A DNA stretch of 64,000 nt, taken from positions 71,950 to 135,949 of the forward strand of contig CAAGEP010000006.1 of NCBI GenBank assembly GCA_900768875.1, in the 5' to 3' direction. This stretch comes from Alphaproteobacteria bacterium. Its GTDB lineage: Bacteria; Pseudomonadota; Alphaproteobacteria; CAAGCB01; CAG-977. Below, piece by piece: positions 56,368 through 64,000 of this stretch (position 1 is the stretch's first letter; each line of letters opens with the position of its first letter). Made by a program: the position numbers and the translations under genes. The notes under the pieces were generated by a model that was not told where the DNA came from, did not search any database, and worked only from the letters and a program-made list of their open reading frames with translations.

Positions 56368-57420
56368 ATGGTCAATCAAATTCCGTTCTGGCATCCCGCC
56401 GAATACGTCCGCCGTTTGCCGCTGCTGAAAAAGCGCGCGCAAATCATTGAAGCCGTGCGTCAATTTTTTATTTCGCGGGATTTTTTGGAAGTCGAAACCC
56501 CGATTTTGCAAATTTCTCCGGGGCTTGAACCGCACTTGAAAGCGTTTCAAACGGCGCTGGTCGAGCCGTTCGGGCAGGACGACCGCACGATGTATCTGCA
56601 CACGTCGCCCGAATTCACGATGAAAAAGCTGCTGGCGGCGGGATTGCCCCGAATCTTTCAAATGGCGCGCGTGTTCCGCAACGAAGAACGTTCCAAACAC
56701 CACCACCCCGAATTCATCATGTTGGAATGGTATCGGGCGAATTGCGACTATACGACGCTGATGGACGATACCGTCGAACTGGTGCGTGCGTGCGCCGATT
56801 CGTGCGGGGTCAAAAAGCTTAAAGGCGACGGCGTCGAATGTGATCCGTTTGTCGAATGGGAAAAAATCTCGGTCGCCGAAGCCGTGCGGAAATACGCGGG
56901 GTTCGATTTGATGGCGACTTTGCCCGAAAAGCCGAGCCTTGAACCCGATCCCGCGCCTTTGGCGGAGCAGGCGAAAAAAATCGGCATCGAAACGTCGCCC
57001 GACGATCGCTGGGACGACATTTATTTCCGTATCGCTTACGAAAAAATCGAACCGCACTTGGGGTTGGACGGGCGTCCGACGATTTTGTACGACTATCCCG
57101 TGTGCATGGCGGCTTTGTCGCGGCGCAAGCCGTCCGACGAACGGTTGGCGGAACGTTTCGAGGTGTACGCTTCGGGCATCGAGCTTGCCAACGCGTTTTC
57201 CGAACTGACCGACGCGAAGGAACAGCGCGAACGCTTTGAACACGACATGGATTTAAAGGAAAAGCTGTACGGCGAACGCTATCCGATTGACGAAGACTTC
57301 ATTGCCGCCGTTGCCGCCATGCCGCCCGCCGCGGGGATTGCCGTCGGCATCGACCGTCTGGTCATGCTGATTACGGGGGCGAGCCGAATCGAAGACGTTT
57401 TGTGGGCGCCCGTCGCATGA
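56368..57420 (+). CDS. epmA: EF-P lysyl ligase EpmA (PoxA/GenX, class II LysRS paralog)
   Basis: Class II aaRS core motifs (FRNEE, GIDRLVM) without an anticodon-binding domain. Divergent from efp. Confidence 0.75.
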   Translation: MVNQIPFWHPAEYVRRLPLLKKRAQIIEAVRQFFISRDFLEVETPILQISPGLEPHLKAFQTALVEPFGQDDRTMYLHTSPEFTMKKLLAAGLPRIFQMARVFRNEERSKHHHPEFIMLEWYRANCDYTTLMDDTVELVRACADSCGVKKLKGDGVECDPFVEWEKISVAEAVRKYAGFDLMATLPEKPSLEPDPAPLAEQAKKIGIETSPDDRWDDIYFRIAYEKIEPHLGLDGRPTILYDYPVCMAALSRRKPSDERLAERFEVYASGIELANAFSELTDAKEQRERFEHDMDLKEKLYGERYPIDEDFIAAVAAMPPAAGIAVGIDRLVMLITGASRIEDVLWAPVA

Positions 57421-57827
57421 AAAAAATCATGCGGTCGGTTTGCCGCTTGACGGGAATGAGCGAACGCTTCGTTCTGTTCTTAATCGCGGGCGGGGTGAAC
57501 ACGGTTTTCTATTACGGCACATACGCCGCGCTGATTTGGGCGAGGGTGCCGTATCCCGCCGCCGTTGTTCTGGCGACGGCGTGCGGAGTCGTGTTCAATT
57601 TCAACTCGTTCGGGCGGTTTGTGTTCAAACAGTTTGAAAAGCGGCTGTTTGTCCGCTTTATAGGCGTTTATGTTGTCTTGGCGCTGACCAATATCGCGGG
57701 CATTCGGCTGTTTGAGTTGTGCGGCGTGCCGAATCGCTATATCGCGGGGGCGGCTTTGACTTTGCCCGTCGCTCTGCTGGGGTATTTTTTAAACAAGACG
57801 TTCGTGTTTACAAACGCGCAACCTTGA
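57417..57827 (+). CDS. GtrA-family small membrane protein (translationally coupled to epmA via ATGA)
   Basis: 137 aa with 4 predicted TM helices and GtrA-like sequence (FVLFLIAGGVNTVFYYGTYAALIW). Confidence 0.55.
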   Translation: MKKIMRSVCRLTGMSERFVLFLIAGGVNTVFYYGTYAALIWARVPYPAAVVLATACGVVFNFNSFGRFVFKQFEKRLFVRFIGVYVVLALTNIAGIRLFELCGVPNRYIAGAALTLPVALLGYFLNKTFVFTNAQP

Positions 57828-58257
57828 AATCCGCTTGTTCGCAAGGCGCGGCCAAGGACAAGCACGGCACGGTGAACAGTTCAATCCACCACAGGGCGAG
57901 CTCCGCGGCTTTTTCGCCGTCGAAAGCGATATAGTCAGCCCCCGCTTCGCCCGCGCGCATCGCTTCGTCGCGCGTGGAGCACACAACGCCCAAAGCCAAA
58001 TCTCCCAAAGCCGCTTTGATATTTTTCAGCCCTTTCGCATACGGAACCTGCACGCCGTCCGCGCCCAGTTTCAAAGCCAGCTCCGCATCGTTTTCAACGA
58101 TGAAAGCGATGTTTTTGGCTTGCACGGCGTTTTTGATTTCGGGCAGGGCGTTTGTGCCTTCATACAAAAAAGCGTCGGCGGAATCGATACGGGCGATTTT
58201 GTTCAAAACGTCCGCTTTCGATCCTGTCGGGCAAATCAGAAAAAGTCCTTGTTTCAT
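57808..58257 (-). CDS. short ThiE/TenI-like (thiamine-phosphate synthase superfamily) protein
   Basis: 149 aa. Partial similarity to the ThiE core (IVENDAELALKLGADGVQV...GADYIAFDG). Shorter than canonical ThiE. Confidence 0.35.
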   Translation of the reverse strand: MKQGLFLICPTGSKADVLNKIARIDSADAFLYEGTNALPEIKNAVQAKNIAFIVENDAELALKLGADGVQVPYAKGLKNIKAALGDLALGVVCSTRDEAMRAGEAGADYIAFDGEKAAELALWWIELFTVPCLSLAAPCEQADFKVARL

Positions 58258-58372
58258 AACAACCTCCGTTGGCTTGGGGGCGATTGTCGCATCAAATCGT
58301 CAATAAATCGTTGCACAACGGGCGGCAAAATCCTAATCTAAGGGCAAATTTCAACAACGGGGATGAAGTACG

Positions 58373-59008
58373 GTGAGCTTGAACGAACGGCTGCAAACGG
58401 CTTTGGAAAATTTGGCGCAAGCGGCGCGGAAACTGGAAGCGGCGGGGGAAAAACTGGCGCGGGAACGTGCCGAATCCGCCGCCATGCGGGCTAAAAACGG
58501 CGAATTGTTCGCACAGGTCGAAATGCTGACCGCACAGCTGGAGCAGGCGCGGGAAAACGAATCGGAAAACGGCGAGCTGAAAGAGCAAATCGGCGAACTG
58601 ACGGCGACCCGCAACCGCTTGATTGCCGAAAAGAATCAGCTGTTGGGCGAACGTGAGCAGTTCAAAAAATTCCGCGAAGGTTGGGCGGCGGAACGTCCCG
58701 CTTTGATTAAAGCCAAAGACGACGCCGAAAACGAATTGCGCCGTTTGGAACAAAGCGCGGGCGAATCGACGGACAACGGCGAACTGACCGCCGCCAAAGC
58801 TCAAATCGAATCGCTGAAAAAACTGGTTGCCGAGCTGGAAAACGACAAAAACGCGCTGGCGGCGGAAAAAGAGCGAATCGCCGTCGAACGCGACGGTATT
58901 CAGACGGCTTTCGCCGAAATCAAGGAAACGACGCGGCAGGCCGCCGAACGGCTGGATTCGACGCTGGAGGAACTGCGTATTTTAAAGGGGGATTCATCCG
59001 ATGGCTGA
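58373..59008 (+). CDS. coiled-coil protein upstream of zapA (ZauP/ZapB-like)
   Basis: 211 aa, entirely heptad-rich. Overlaps the zapA start, in the same position as the Caulobacter ZapA partner ZauP. Confidence 0.45.
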   Translation: MSLNERLQTALENLAQAARKLEAAGEKLARERAESAAMRAKNGELFAQVEMLTAQLEQARENESENGELKEQIGELTATRNRLIAEKNQLLGEREQFKKFREGWAAERPALIKAKDDAENELRRLEQSAGESTDNGELTAAKAQIESLKKLVAELENDKNALAAEKERIAVERDGIQTAFAEIKETTRQAAERLDSTLEELRILKGDSSDG

Positions 59009-59324
59009 AGTAACGCTGACAATCGGCGGGCGTAAATACACGATGATGTGCGCCGACGGACAGGAAGCTCAACTGCTGACTCTCGCAAAGGCTTTGGATA
59101 CCAAGGTAGCGATGCTCAACAGCCGCCGCCCGATGCCTGAAAACATGGGGCTGGTGATGGGCGCGCTGATGCTGGCAAGCGATTTGTCCGAACGCGGCGA
59201 CGCCGCCGCGCGGCTGGAACGCGAAAGCGCGATTACATCCGAAGTTGTGGATTATGCCGCCCAAACGGTGGAAAAAGCGGCTGAACGGATTTCAGCCCTT
59301 GCCGAAACGATTGAAAATGCGTAA
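59001..59324 (+). CDS. zapA: cell division protein ZapA
   Basis: 107 aa (MAEVTLTIGGRKYTMMCADGQEAQLLTLAKALDTKV). Confidence 0.75.
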   Translation: MAEVTLTIGGRKYTMMCADGQEAQLLTLAKALDTKVAMLNSRRPMPENMGLVMGALMLASDLSERGDAAARLERESAITSEVVDYAAQTVEKAAERISALAETIENA

Positions 59325-59335
59325 ACTGTTGCGCG

Positions 59336-59518
59336 GAAGACTTCTTGATGCGTGAGGATCCCGCAGGTACTCGGGGCCAACGTTTAAAATCAAGGGAGCT
59401 GTCTCTGCCGTCAGCCAATGAGCTTTCGTTAGTTCAGCGGGGGCGGTACATGGTTCCCACCTATTCCAAGCGGCCCACGCGACGCGTGAGTTGATTCCAC
59501 GGTCAAAGCAGTCTTCTT
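59336..59518 (+). ncRNA. ssrS: probable 6S RNA (SsrS) in conserved zapA-ssrS-ygfA context
   Basis: ~183-nt non-coding gap between zapA and a 5-formyl-THF cyclo-ligase gene. The extended terminal stem pairs GAAGACTTCTTGATGCGTGAG with CTCACGCG...CAGTCTTC. A T-run terminator follows at 59517..59528. Confidence 0.55.
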
Positions 59519-59540
59519 TTCTTTTTTCAAAGGTTCGGGT

Positions 59541-60116
59541 ATGGACTATTCTTTTTTAAAGCATCGTTTGCGCGACGCCGCCGTTCACAAACGGACGGAA
59601 CTGGGGGCGGATTTCGCCCGATACGCCGCGCGGGATTTGCCGCAAATCGCCGATTCGCTGCCTTTACCCGAAAATCCCGTGATTTCCGCTTACTGGCCGA
59701 TGAAAACCGAACTGGATCTGCGCCCTTTGATGACCGCGTTTTATGACAAGGGAACGCCCGTCTGTCTGCCCGTTGTGACGGGCAAGCGCGAATCGCTGCT
59801 GTTCCGCCTGTGGTCGCCTCAAGCCGAGCTGGTCAAAGGGCTTTACGGCACGGAACAGCCCGATGAAAAATATGAAACCGTCGAACCGAATGTTCTGTTT
59901 CTGCCTTTGTTGGCGTTTGACAGACAGGGGGGACGGCTGGGATACGGCGGCGGTTTTTATGACAGAACCGTGCATGAACTGCGGGTGAAAAATCCCGAAG
60001 TCATCGTTGTCGGAACGGGCTTTTCGGCGCAGGAAATCGACGAAGTCCCCGTCGAGGACACCGACGAAAAAATGGACTGGATTTTAACGGAATCCGAATT
60101 GATAAAGGTTAAGTGA
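59541..60116 (+). CDS. ygfA: 5-formyltetrahydrofolate cyclo-ligase
   Basis: 5-FTHF cyclo-ligase family (GYGGGFYDRT motif). Confidence 0.75.
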   Translation: MDYSFLKHRLRDAAVHKRTELGADFARYAARDLPQIADSLPLPENPVISAYWPMKTELDLRPLMTAFYDKGTPVCLPVVTGKRESLLFRLWSPQAELVKGLYGTEQPDEKYETVEPNVLFLPLLAFDRQGGRLGYGGGFYDRTVHELRVKNPEVIVVGTGFSAQEIDEVPVEDTDEKMDWILTESELIKVK

Positions 60117-60120
60117 ACTT

Positions 60121-60936
60121 ATGCGTATTTTGTTTTTGGGCGATGTCGTCGGTCAAAGCGGCAGAAAGCTGGTTGTTGACACTTTACCCGATTTCAGGCG
60201 GAAATACCGCGTTGATTTCGTTATCGTCAACGGCGACAACGCCGCTCACGGCTTCGGACTGACTCCGGGGATTTGCCGCGACTTGTTTTCGGCGGGGGCG
60301 GACGTCATCACGACGGGCAATCACGGTTGGGAGCATCCCGACATCTGTCCTTTGCTGAACGAAGAACCGCGCTTGGTGCGTCCCGCCAATTTCCCGAATG
60401 GCGCGCCGGGGGCGGGGTGCGGCTTTTACACTTTGCCCGACGGGCGCAAAGTCGGCGTCATGCATGTTCAGGGGCGCGTTTACATGGAAGCGACGGACAA
60501 TCCGTTCAAAGCCGTCGGCGACTGGACGGAACGGCTGAAGCTGGGACGCGACGCGCAGGCGATGGTTGTCGATATTCACGGCGAAGCGACCAGTGAAAAG
60601 ATGGCTTTGGGGCAGTTTTGCGACGGCAAAGTCAGCTTGGTCGTCGGGTCGCACACGCATATTCCGACGGCGGACGCGCAGATTTTGCCGAACGGCACGG
60701 CGTATCTGACCGACGCGGGGATGTGCGGCTGTTTCGATTCCGTCATCGGCATGGATAAAAAAGAACCCGTCAGCCGCTTTGTAACAGGCTTGCGCAACGA
60801 AAAATTCCAGCCCGTCAAAGGCGACGCGACCGTTTGCGGCGTTTTAATCGATACGAACGACAAAACGGGCTTGGCTGAAAGAATTTATATGATTCGGTAC
60901 GGCGGACGCCTACAGGAATCTTTACCGCCGCTTTAA
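60121..60936 (+). CDS. YmdB-like metallophosphoesterase (TIGR00282 family)
   Basis: MRILFLGDVVG...VNGDNAAHG...GNHGWEH metal-binding motifs. Confidence 0.7.
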   Translation: MRILFLGDVVGQSGRKLVVDTLPDFRRKYRVDFVIVNGDNAAHGFGLTPGICRDLFSAGADVITTGNHGWEHPDICPLLNEEPRLVRPANFPNGAPGAGCGFYTLPDGRKVGVMHVQGRVYMEATDNPFKAVGDWTERLKLGRDAQAMVVDIHGEATSEKMALGQFCDGKVSLVVGSHTHIPTADAQILPNGTAYLTDAGMCGCFDSVIGMDKKEPVSRFVTGLRNEKFQPVKGDATVCGVLIDTNDKTGLAERIYMIRYGGRLQESLPPL

Positions 60937-60991
60937 AAAGTGGTAAAAGGGTGTCGAAATTTGTTTTAACCTCAATGATCCGAGGAGTGTT

Positions 60992-61741
60992 ATGTCTGGT
61001 CATTCACAATTTAAAAATATCATGCACCGCAAAGGCGCGCAGGACAAAATCCGCGCCCGCACGTTTTCCAAACTGGGCCGTGAAATCACGGTAGCCGCGA
61101 AATCGGGACTGCCCGATCCCGCGTACAACCCGCGTTTGCGCGCCGCCATTGCCGCCGCGCGCGCCGAAAATATGCCCAAGGACAACATCAAACGCGCGAT
61201 TGAAAAAGCCGCCGCGGGCGATGCCGCAAACTACGAAGAAATCCGCTACGAAGGATTCGGTCCGGGCAATGTCGCCGTCATCGTCGAAGCGTTGACCGAC
61301 AATCCCAAGCGCACCGCTCCCATCGTCCGTTCGATTTTCGGCAAAGCGGGCTGTGTCATGGGTGAAACGGGTTCCGTCGCGTTCAATTTCCAGCGTGTCG
61401 GCTTGATTGAATATCCCGCTTCTGTCGCCGAAGCCGACGCGATGTTTGAAGCCGCTTTGGAAGCCGGCGCGGACGACGTTGAATCCGACGAAGAAACGCA
61501 CCGCATTTTGTGCGCTCCCGACGATTTGGGCGCGGTTCGAGAAGCGTTGGAAGCCAAGTTCGACACCCCGACCGTTTGCCGTTTCGATTGGAAACCGCTG
61601 GTCGAAGCCGAACTGACCGATGTCGATGTCGCCAAGAAGTTCTTTGATTTCGTAGAAACCTTGAATGACGAGGAAGACGTTCAGCGCGTTGCCTCAAACG
61701 TTTCCGTTTCCGACGAAATCATGGCGAAACTGGAAGACTGA
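60992..61741 (+). CDS. yebC: YebC/PmpR family transcriptional regulator
   Basis: [21 protein letters not shown]... family-diagnostic N-terminus. Confidence 0.8.
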   Translation: MSGHSQFKNIMHRKGAQDKIRARTFSKLGREITVAAKSGLPDPAYNPRLRAAIAAARAENMPKDNIKRAIEKAAAGDAANYEEIRYEGFGPGNVAVIVEALTDNPKRTAPIVRSIFGKAGCVMGETGSVAFNFQRVGLIEYPASVAEADAMFEAALEAGADDVESDEETHRILCAPDDLGAVREALEAKFDTPTVCRFDWKPLVEAELTDVDVAKKFFDFVETLNDEEDVQRVASNVSVSDEIMAKLED

Positions 61742-61743
61742 TT

Positions 61744-62262
61744 TTGGGAAAAACCGTGCGGATTTTGGGGCTTGACCCCGGCTTGCGCCATACGGGTTGG
61801 GCTGTTCTGGACAGCTGTGATTCGCGGCTGACGTTTGTCGGGGCGGGCGTTGCCGATTCGACAGACGGCTTGTCGCTGGCGGAACGGTTGGCGGAGCTTC
61901 ATGCCAAAATTCGCGCGGTTGTTTCCGAATTCGCCCCGAACGAAGCGGCAATCGAAGAAACGTTCGTCAACAAAAATCCGACTTCGACGCTGAAATTGGG
62001 GCAGGCGCGCGGCGTTGTGCTGCTCGCCCCCGCGGAATCGGGCATTCCCGTTTCCGAATACACGCCCAACCAAATCAAAAAAGCCGTCGTCGGCGCGGGA
62101 CATGCCGAAAAGCACCAGGTCGATATGATGGTGCATACGCTTGTTCCCGCGGCGGGCAAACTGCGTCCCGACGCGGCGGACGCTTTGGCGGCGGCGATTT
62201 GTCATTCTTATATGCGCGTCGCGGCGGCGCGCCTGAACGCACTGGCGGAGCTGATGAAATGA
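61744..62262 (+). CDS. ruvC: Holliday junction resolvase RuvC
   Basis: RILGLDPGLRHTGWAVLD catalytic-Asp motif. ruvCAB operon. Confidence 0.85.
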   Translation: MGKTVRILGLDPGLRHTGWAVLDSCDSRLTFVGAGVADSTDGLSLAERLAELHAKIRAVVSEFAPNEAAIEETFVNKNPTSTLKLGQARGVVLLAPAESGIPVSEYTPNQIKKAVVGAGHAEKHQVDMMVHTLVPAAGKLRPDAADALAAAICHSYMRVAAARLNALAELMK

Positions 62263-62870
62263 TAGCCAAACTGCGGGGAATCCTTGATTCGACGGGGGAC
62301 GGTTTTTTGATTTTGGACGTGAACGGCGTGGGATACCGCGTGTTCTGTTCCAACAAAACGCTGGCGAAGATGCCCGCGGCGGGACAATCCGCGTCTTTGC
62401 TGATTGAAACCCAAGTGCGCGAAGACGCGATACGGCTTATCGGCTTTGCGGACGCGGTGGAAAAAAGCTGGTATCTGCTGTTAAGCGGCGTGCAGGGTGT
62501 CGGGACAAAAGTCGCTTTGGCGATTTTGTCCGTGCTGAGTCCGACGGAGCTGTCCATGGCGATTGCGTCGGGCGATTCCAAAACGATAACGCGCGCCCCC
62601 GGCGTGGGACCAAAGCTTGCCGTCCGCATTGCGACGGAATTAAAGGGCAAAACGGGCGGCATGGTGTCGGCGGCGGGGACGGACACGCCGTCGGGCGAAG
62701 TCATCCAAGGCGGCAATAATGCCGTGTCGGACGCCGTGTCGGCTTTGGTGAATTTGGGCTATGCCCGCATGGACGCCGCGATGGCGGTCGCCAAATCGTT
62801 TAAACAACGCGGAGAATCGGCGCAGGTCGGCGATTTGATTCGCGACGCTTTGAAAGAATTTGCGCCATGA
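62259..62870 (+). CDS. ruvA: Holliday junction branch migration protein RuvA
   Basis: MIAKLRGIL... The start overlaps the ruvC stop (ATGA). The listed ORF begins 20 codons earlier. Confidence 0.8.
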   Translation: MIAKLRGILDSTGDGFLILDVNGVGYRVFCSNKTLAKMPAAGQSASLLIETQVREDAIRLIGFADAVEKSWYLLLSGVQGVGTKVALAILSVLSPTELSMAIASGDSKTITRAPGVGPKLAVRIATELKGKTGGMVSAAGTDTPSGEVIQGGNNAVSDAVSALVNLGYARMDAAMAVAKSFKQRGESAQVGDLIRDALKEFAP

Positions 62871-63895
62871 CCGAAGAAAGAATCATTTCCCCCGTCAAAC
62901 GCGACGGCGACGACGATCTTGTCAAACTGCGCCCGCAGACATTGGCGGACTTTACGGGGCAACGGAACGTTTGCGACAATCTGAAAGTGTTTGTCACGGC
63001 GGCGTTGACGCGCGGCGAAGCGCTTGACCATATTTTGTTTTTCGGACCTCCGGGGTTGGGCAAGACGACTTTGGCGCAGATTGTCGCGCACGAGTTGGGC
63101 GTCGGTTTTCGCGCCACGTCCGCGCCGATGATTTCCAAAGCGGGCGATTTGGCGGCGATTTTGACAAATCTGGAAAAGAACGACGTCCTTTTTATTGATG
63201 AAATTCATCGCTTGAACCCCGCGATAGAGGAAGTCCTTTATTCCGCGATGGAGGATTTTCAGCTGGATTTGATTATCGGCGAAGGACCCGCGGCGCGGTC
63301 GGTGCGCATTGATTTGCAGCCGTTTACGCTGATTGGCGCGACGACGCGGTCGGGATTGCTGACGCAGCCTTTGCGCGACCGTTTCGGGATTCCTTTGCGG
63401 CTGGATTTTTACGAACCCGCCGATTTGGAAAAGATTGTGACGCGCGGCGCGGGCGTGCTGAATATCGCGATTACCGCGGACGGCGCGCACGAAATCGCCA
63501 AGCGGGCGCGCGGAACGCCGCGTGTCGCGGGGCGGCTGTTGAAGCGGGTGCGCGACTTTGCCGCGTTTGAAGGCAAAAAGGAAATCGACGCGGCGCTGGC
63601 GGACAAAGCGCTGAAACGCTTGGATGTCGATTTATCGGGATTGGATATGATGGACAGGCGGTATTTGGGCTGTATCGCGCACAAATACGCGGGCGGTCCC
63701 GTCGGGGCGGACACGCTTGCCGCCGCTTTGTCCGAAGAACGCGATACAATCGAGGAAGTCATCGAACCGTATCTGCTGCAGCAGGGCTTTATCCAAAGAA
63801 CCGCGCGGGGACGCATGCTGACCGCACTGGGGTTCAAGCATCTGGGACTTCAGCCGCCCGTTTCGGACGGTGCGGATTTGTTTGCAAAACCGTAG
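62867..63895 (+). CDS. ruvB: Holliday junction DNA helicase RuvB
   Basis: AAA+ Walker [12 protein letters not shown]. Overlaps the ruvA stop. Confidence 0.85.
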   Translation: MTEERIISPVKRDGDDDLVKLRPQTLADFTGQRNVCDNLKVFVTAALTRGEALDHILFFGPPGLGKTTLAQIVAHELGVGFRATSAPMISKAGDLAAILTNLEKNDVLFIDEIHRLNPAIEEVLYSAMEDFQLDLIIGEGPAARSVRIDLQPFTLIGATTRSGLLTQPLRDRFGIPLRLDFYEPADLEKIVTRGAGVLNIAITADGAHEIAKRARGTPRVAGRLLKRVRDFAAFEGKKEIDAALADKALKRLDVDLSGLDMMDRRYLGCIAHKYAGGPVGADTLAAALSEERDTIEEVIEPYLLQQGFIQRTARGRMLTALGFKHLGLQPPVSDGADLFAKP

Positions 63896-64000
63896 GTTTT
63901 TGTCTAATATAGTCCTTAACAACTTTAAAAAGGACTGTATCATGGCTTCGTTTTTGCAACGCGCGTTTATGGGATTGACGGGGGACGTCAAAGGGGCTTT

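Overview
The window is a 64-kb chromosomal segment of an alphaproteobacterium. The lineage call rests on CtrA, a CtrA box, RpoH, FlaF-like and ZauP-like proteins, a type-2 eukaryote-like IleRS and tightly packed, overlapping genes. The rvh-like type IV secretion genes suggest a Rickettsiales/Holosporales-like lifestyle.

The window opens inside a type IV secretion (T4SS) cluster: virB8 (5' partial), a virB7-like lipoprotein, a second virB8, virB9, virB10 and virB11. VirB9 carries a C-terminal SPOR-like peptidoglycan-binding extension. VirB10 is about 2290 aa instead of the usual ~450 aa, because roughly 1600 aa of tandem 17-residue 'PDGxVVDxxGNVIG' repeats are inserted between its inner-membrane anchor and its C-terminal VirB10/TrbI domain. 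The array shows signs of recent 237-bp intragenic duplication, and the protein ends in a Q/P/Y-rich tail.

The rest is mostly housekeeping:
- flaF-like gene, an orphan amino-acid-binding protein and an LplT-Aas fusion
- ctrA divergent from fliI-fliJ, with a perfect CtrA box between them
- rne, amiC, mrcA and prfB, the last with its programmed +1 frameshift site
- lolA, ftsK, a Lon-N domain protein and a YbbN-like thioredoxin
- tRNA-Gly(GCC), followed by two 146-nt tandem units that each end in a copy of the tRNA 3' end and look like att-site remnants
- two paralogous secreted cysteine-rich small proteins that share a C-terminal CCC motif
- a GlgM-like GT4 glycosyltransferase paired with a GalT-like HIT-family gene
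- rpoH and a 1380-aa membrane-anchored coiled-coil protein
- type-2 ileS, an esterase, a nucleoside phosphorylase, a DUF2207 protein with an unknown partner, and an adenylate cyclase
- rpmE and then a three-gene stator-like operon: a MotA/TolQ-family channel, a MotB-like protein with a long coiled coil, and a Lys/Pro-rich secreted protein with a degenerate OmpA domain that apparently starts at ATT
- suhB with an N-terminal extension, efp divergent from epmA, and a gtrA-like gene translationally coupled to epmA
- zauP-like, zapA, a probable 6S RNA and ygfA
- ymdB-like, yebC and ruvCAB

No CRISPR arrays, IS elements or integrases were seen.
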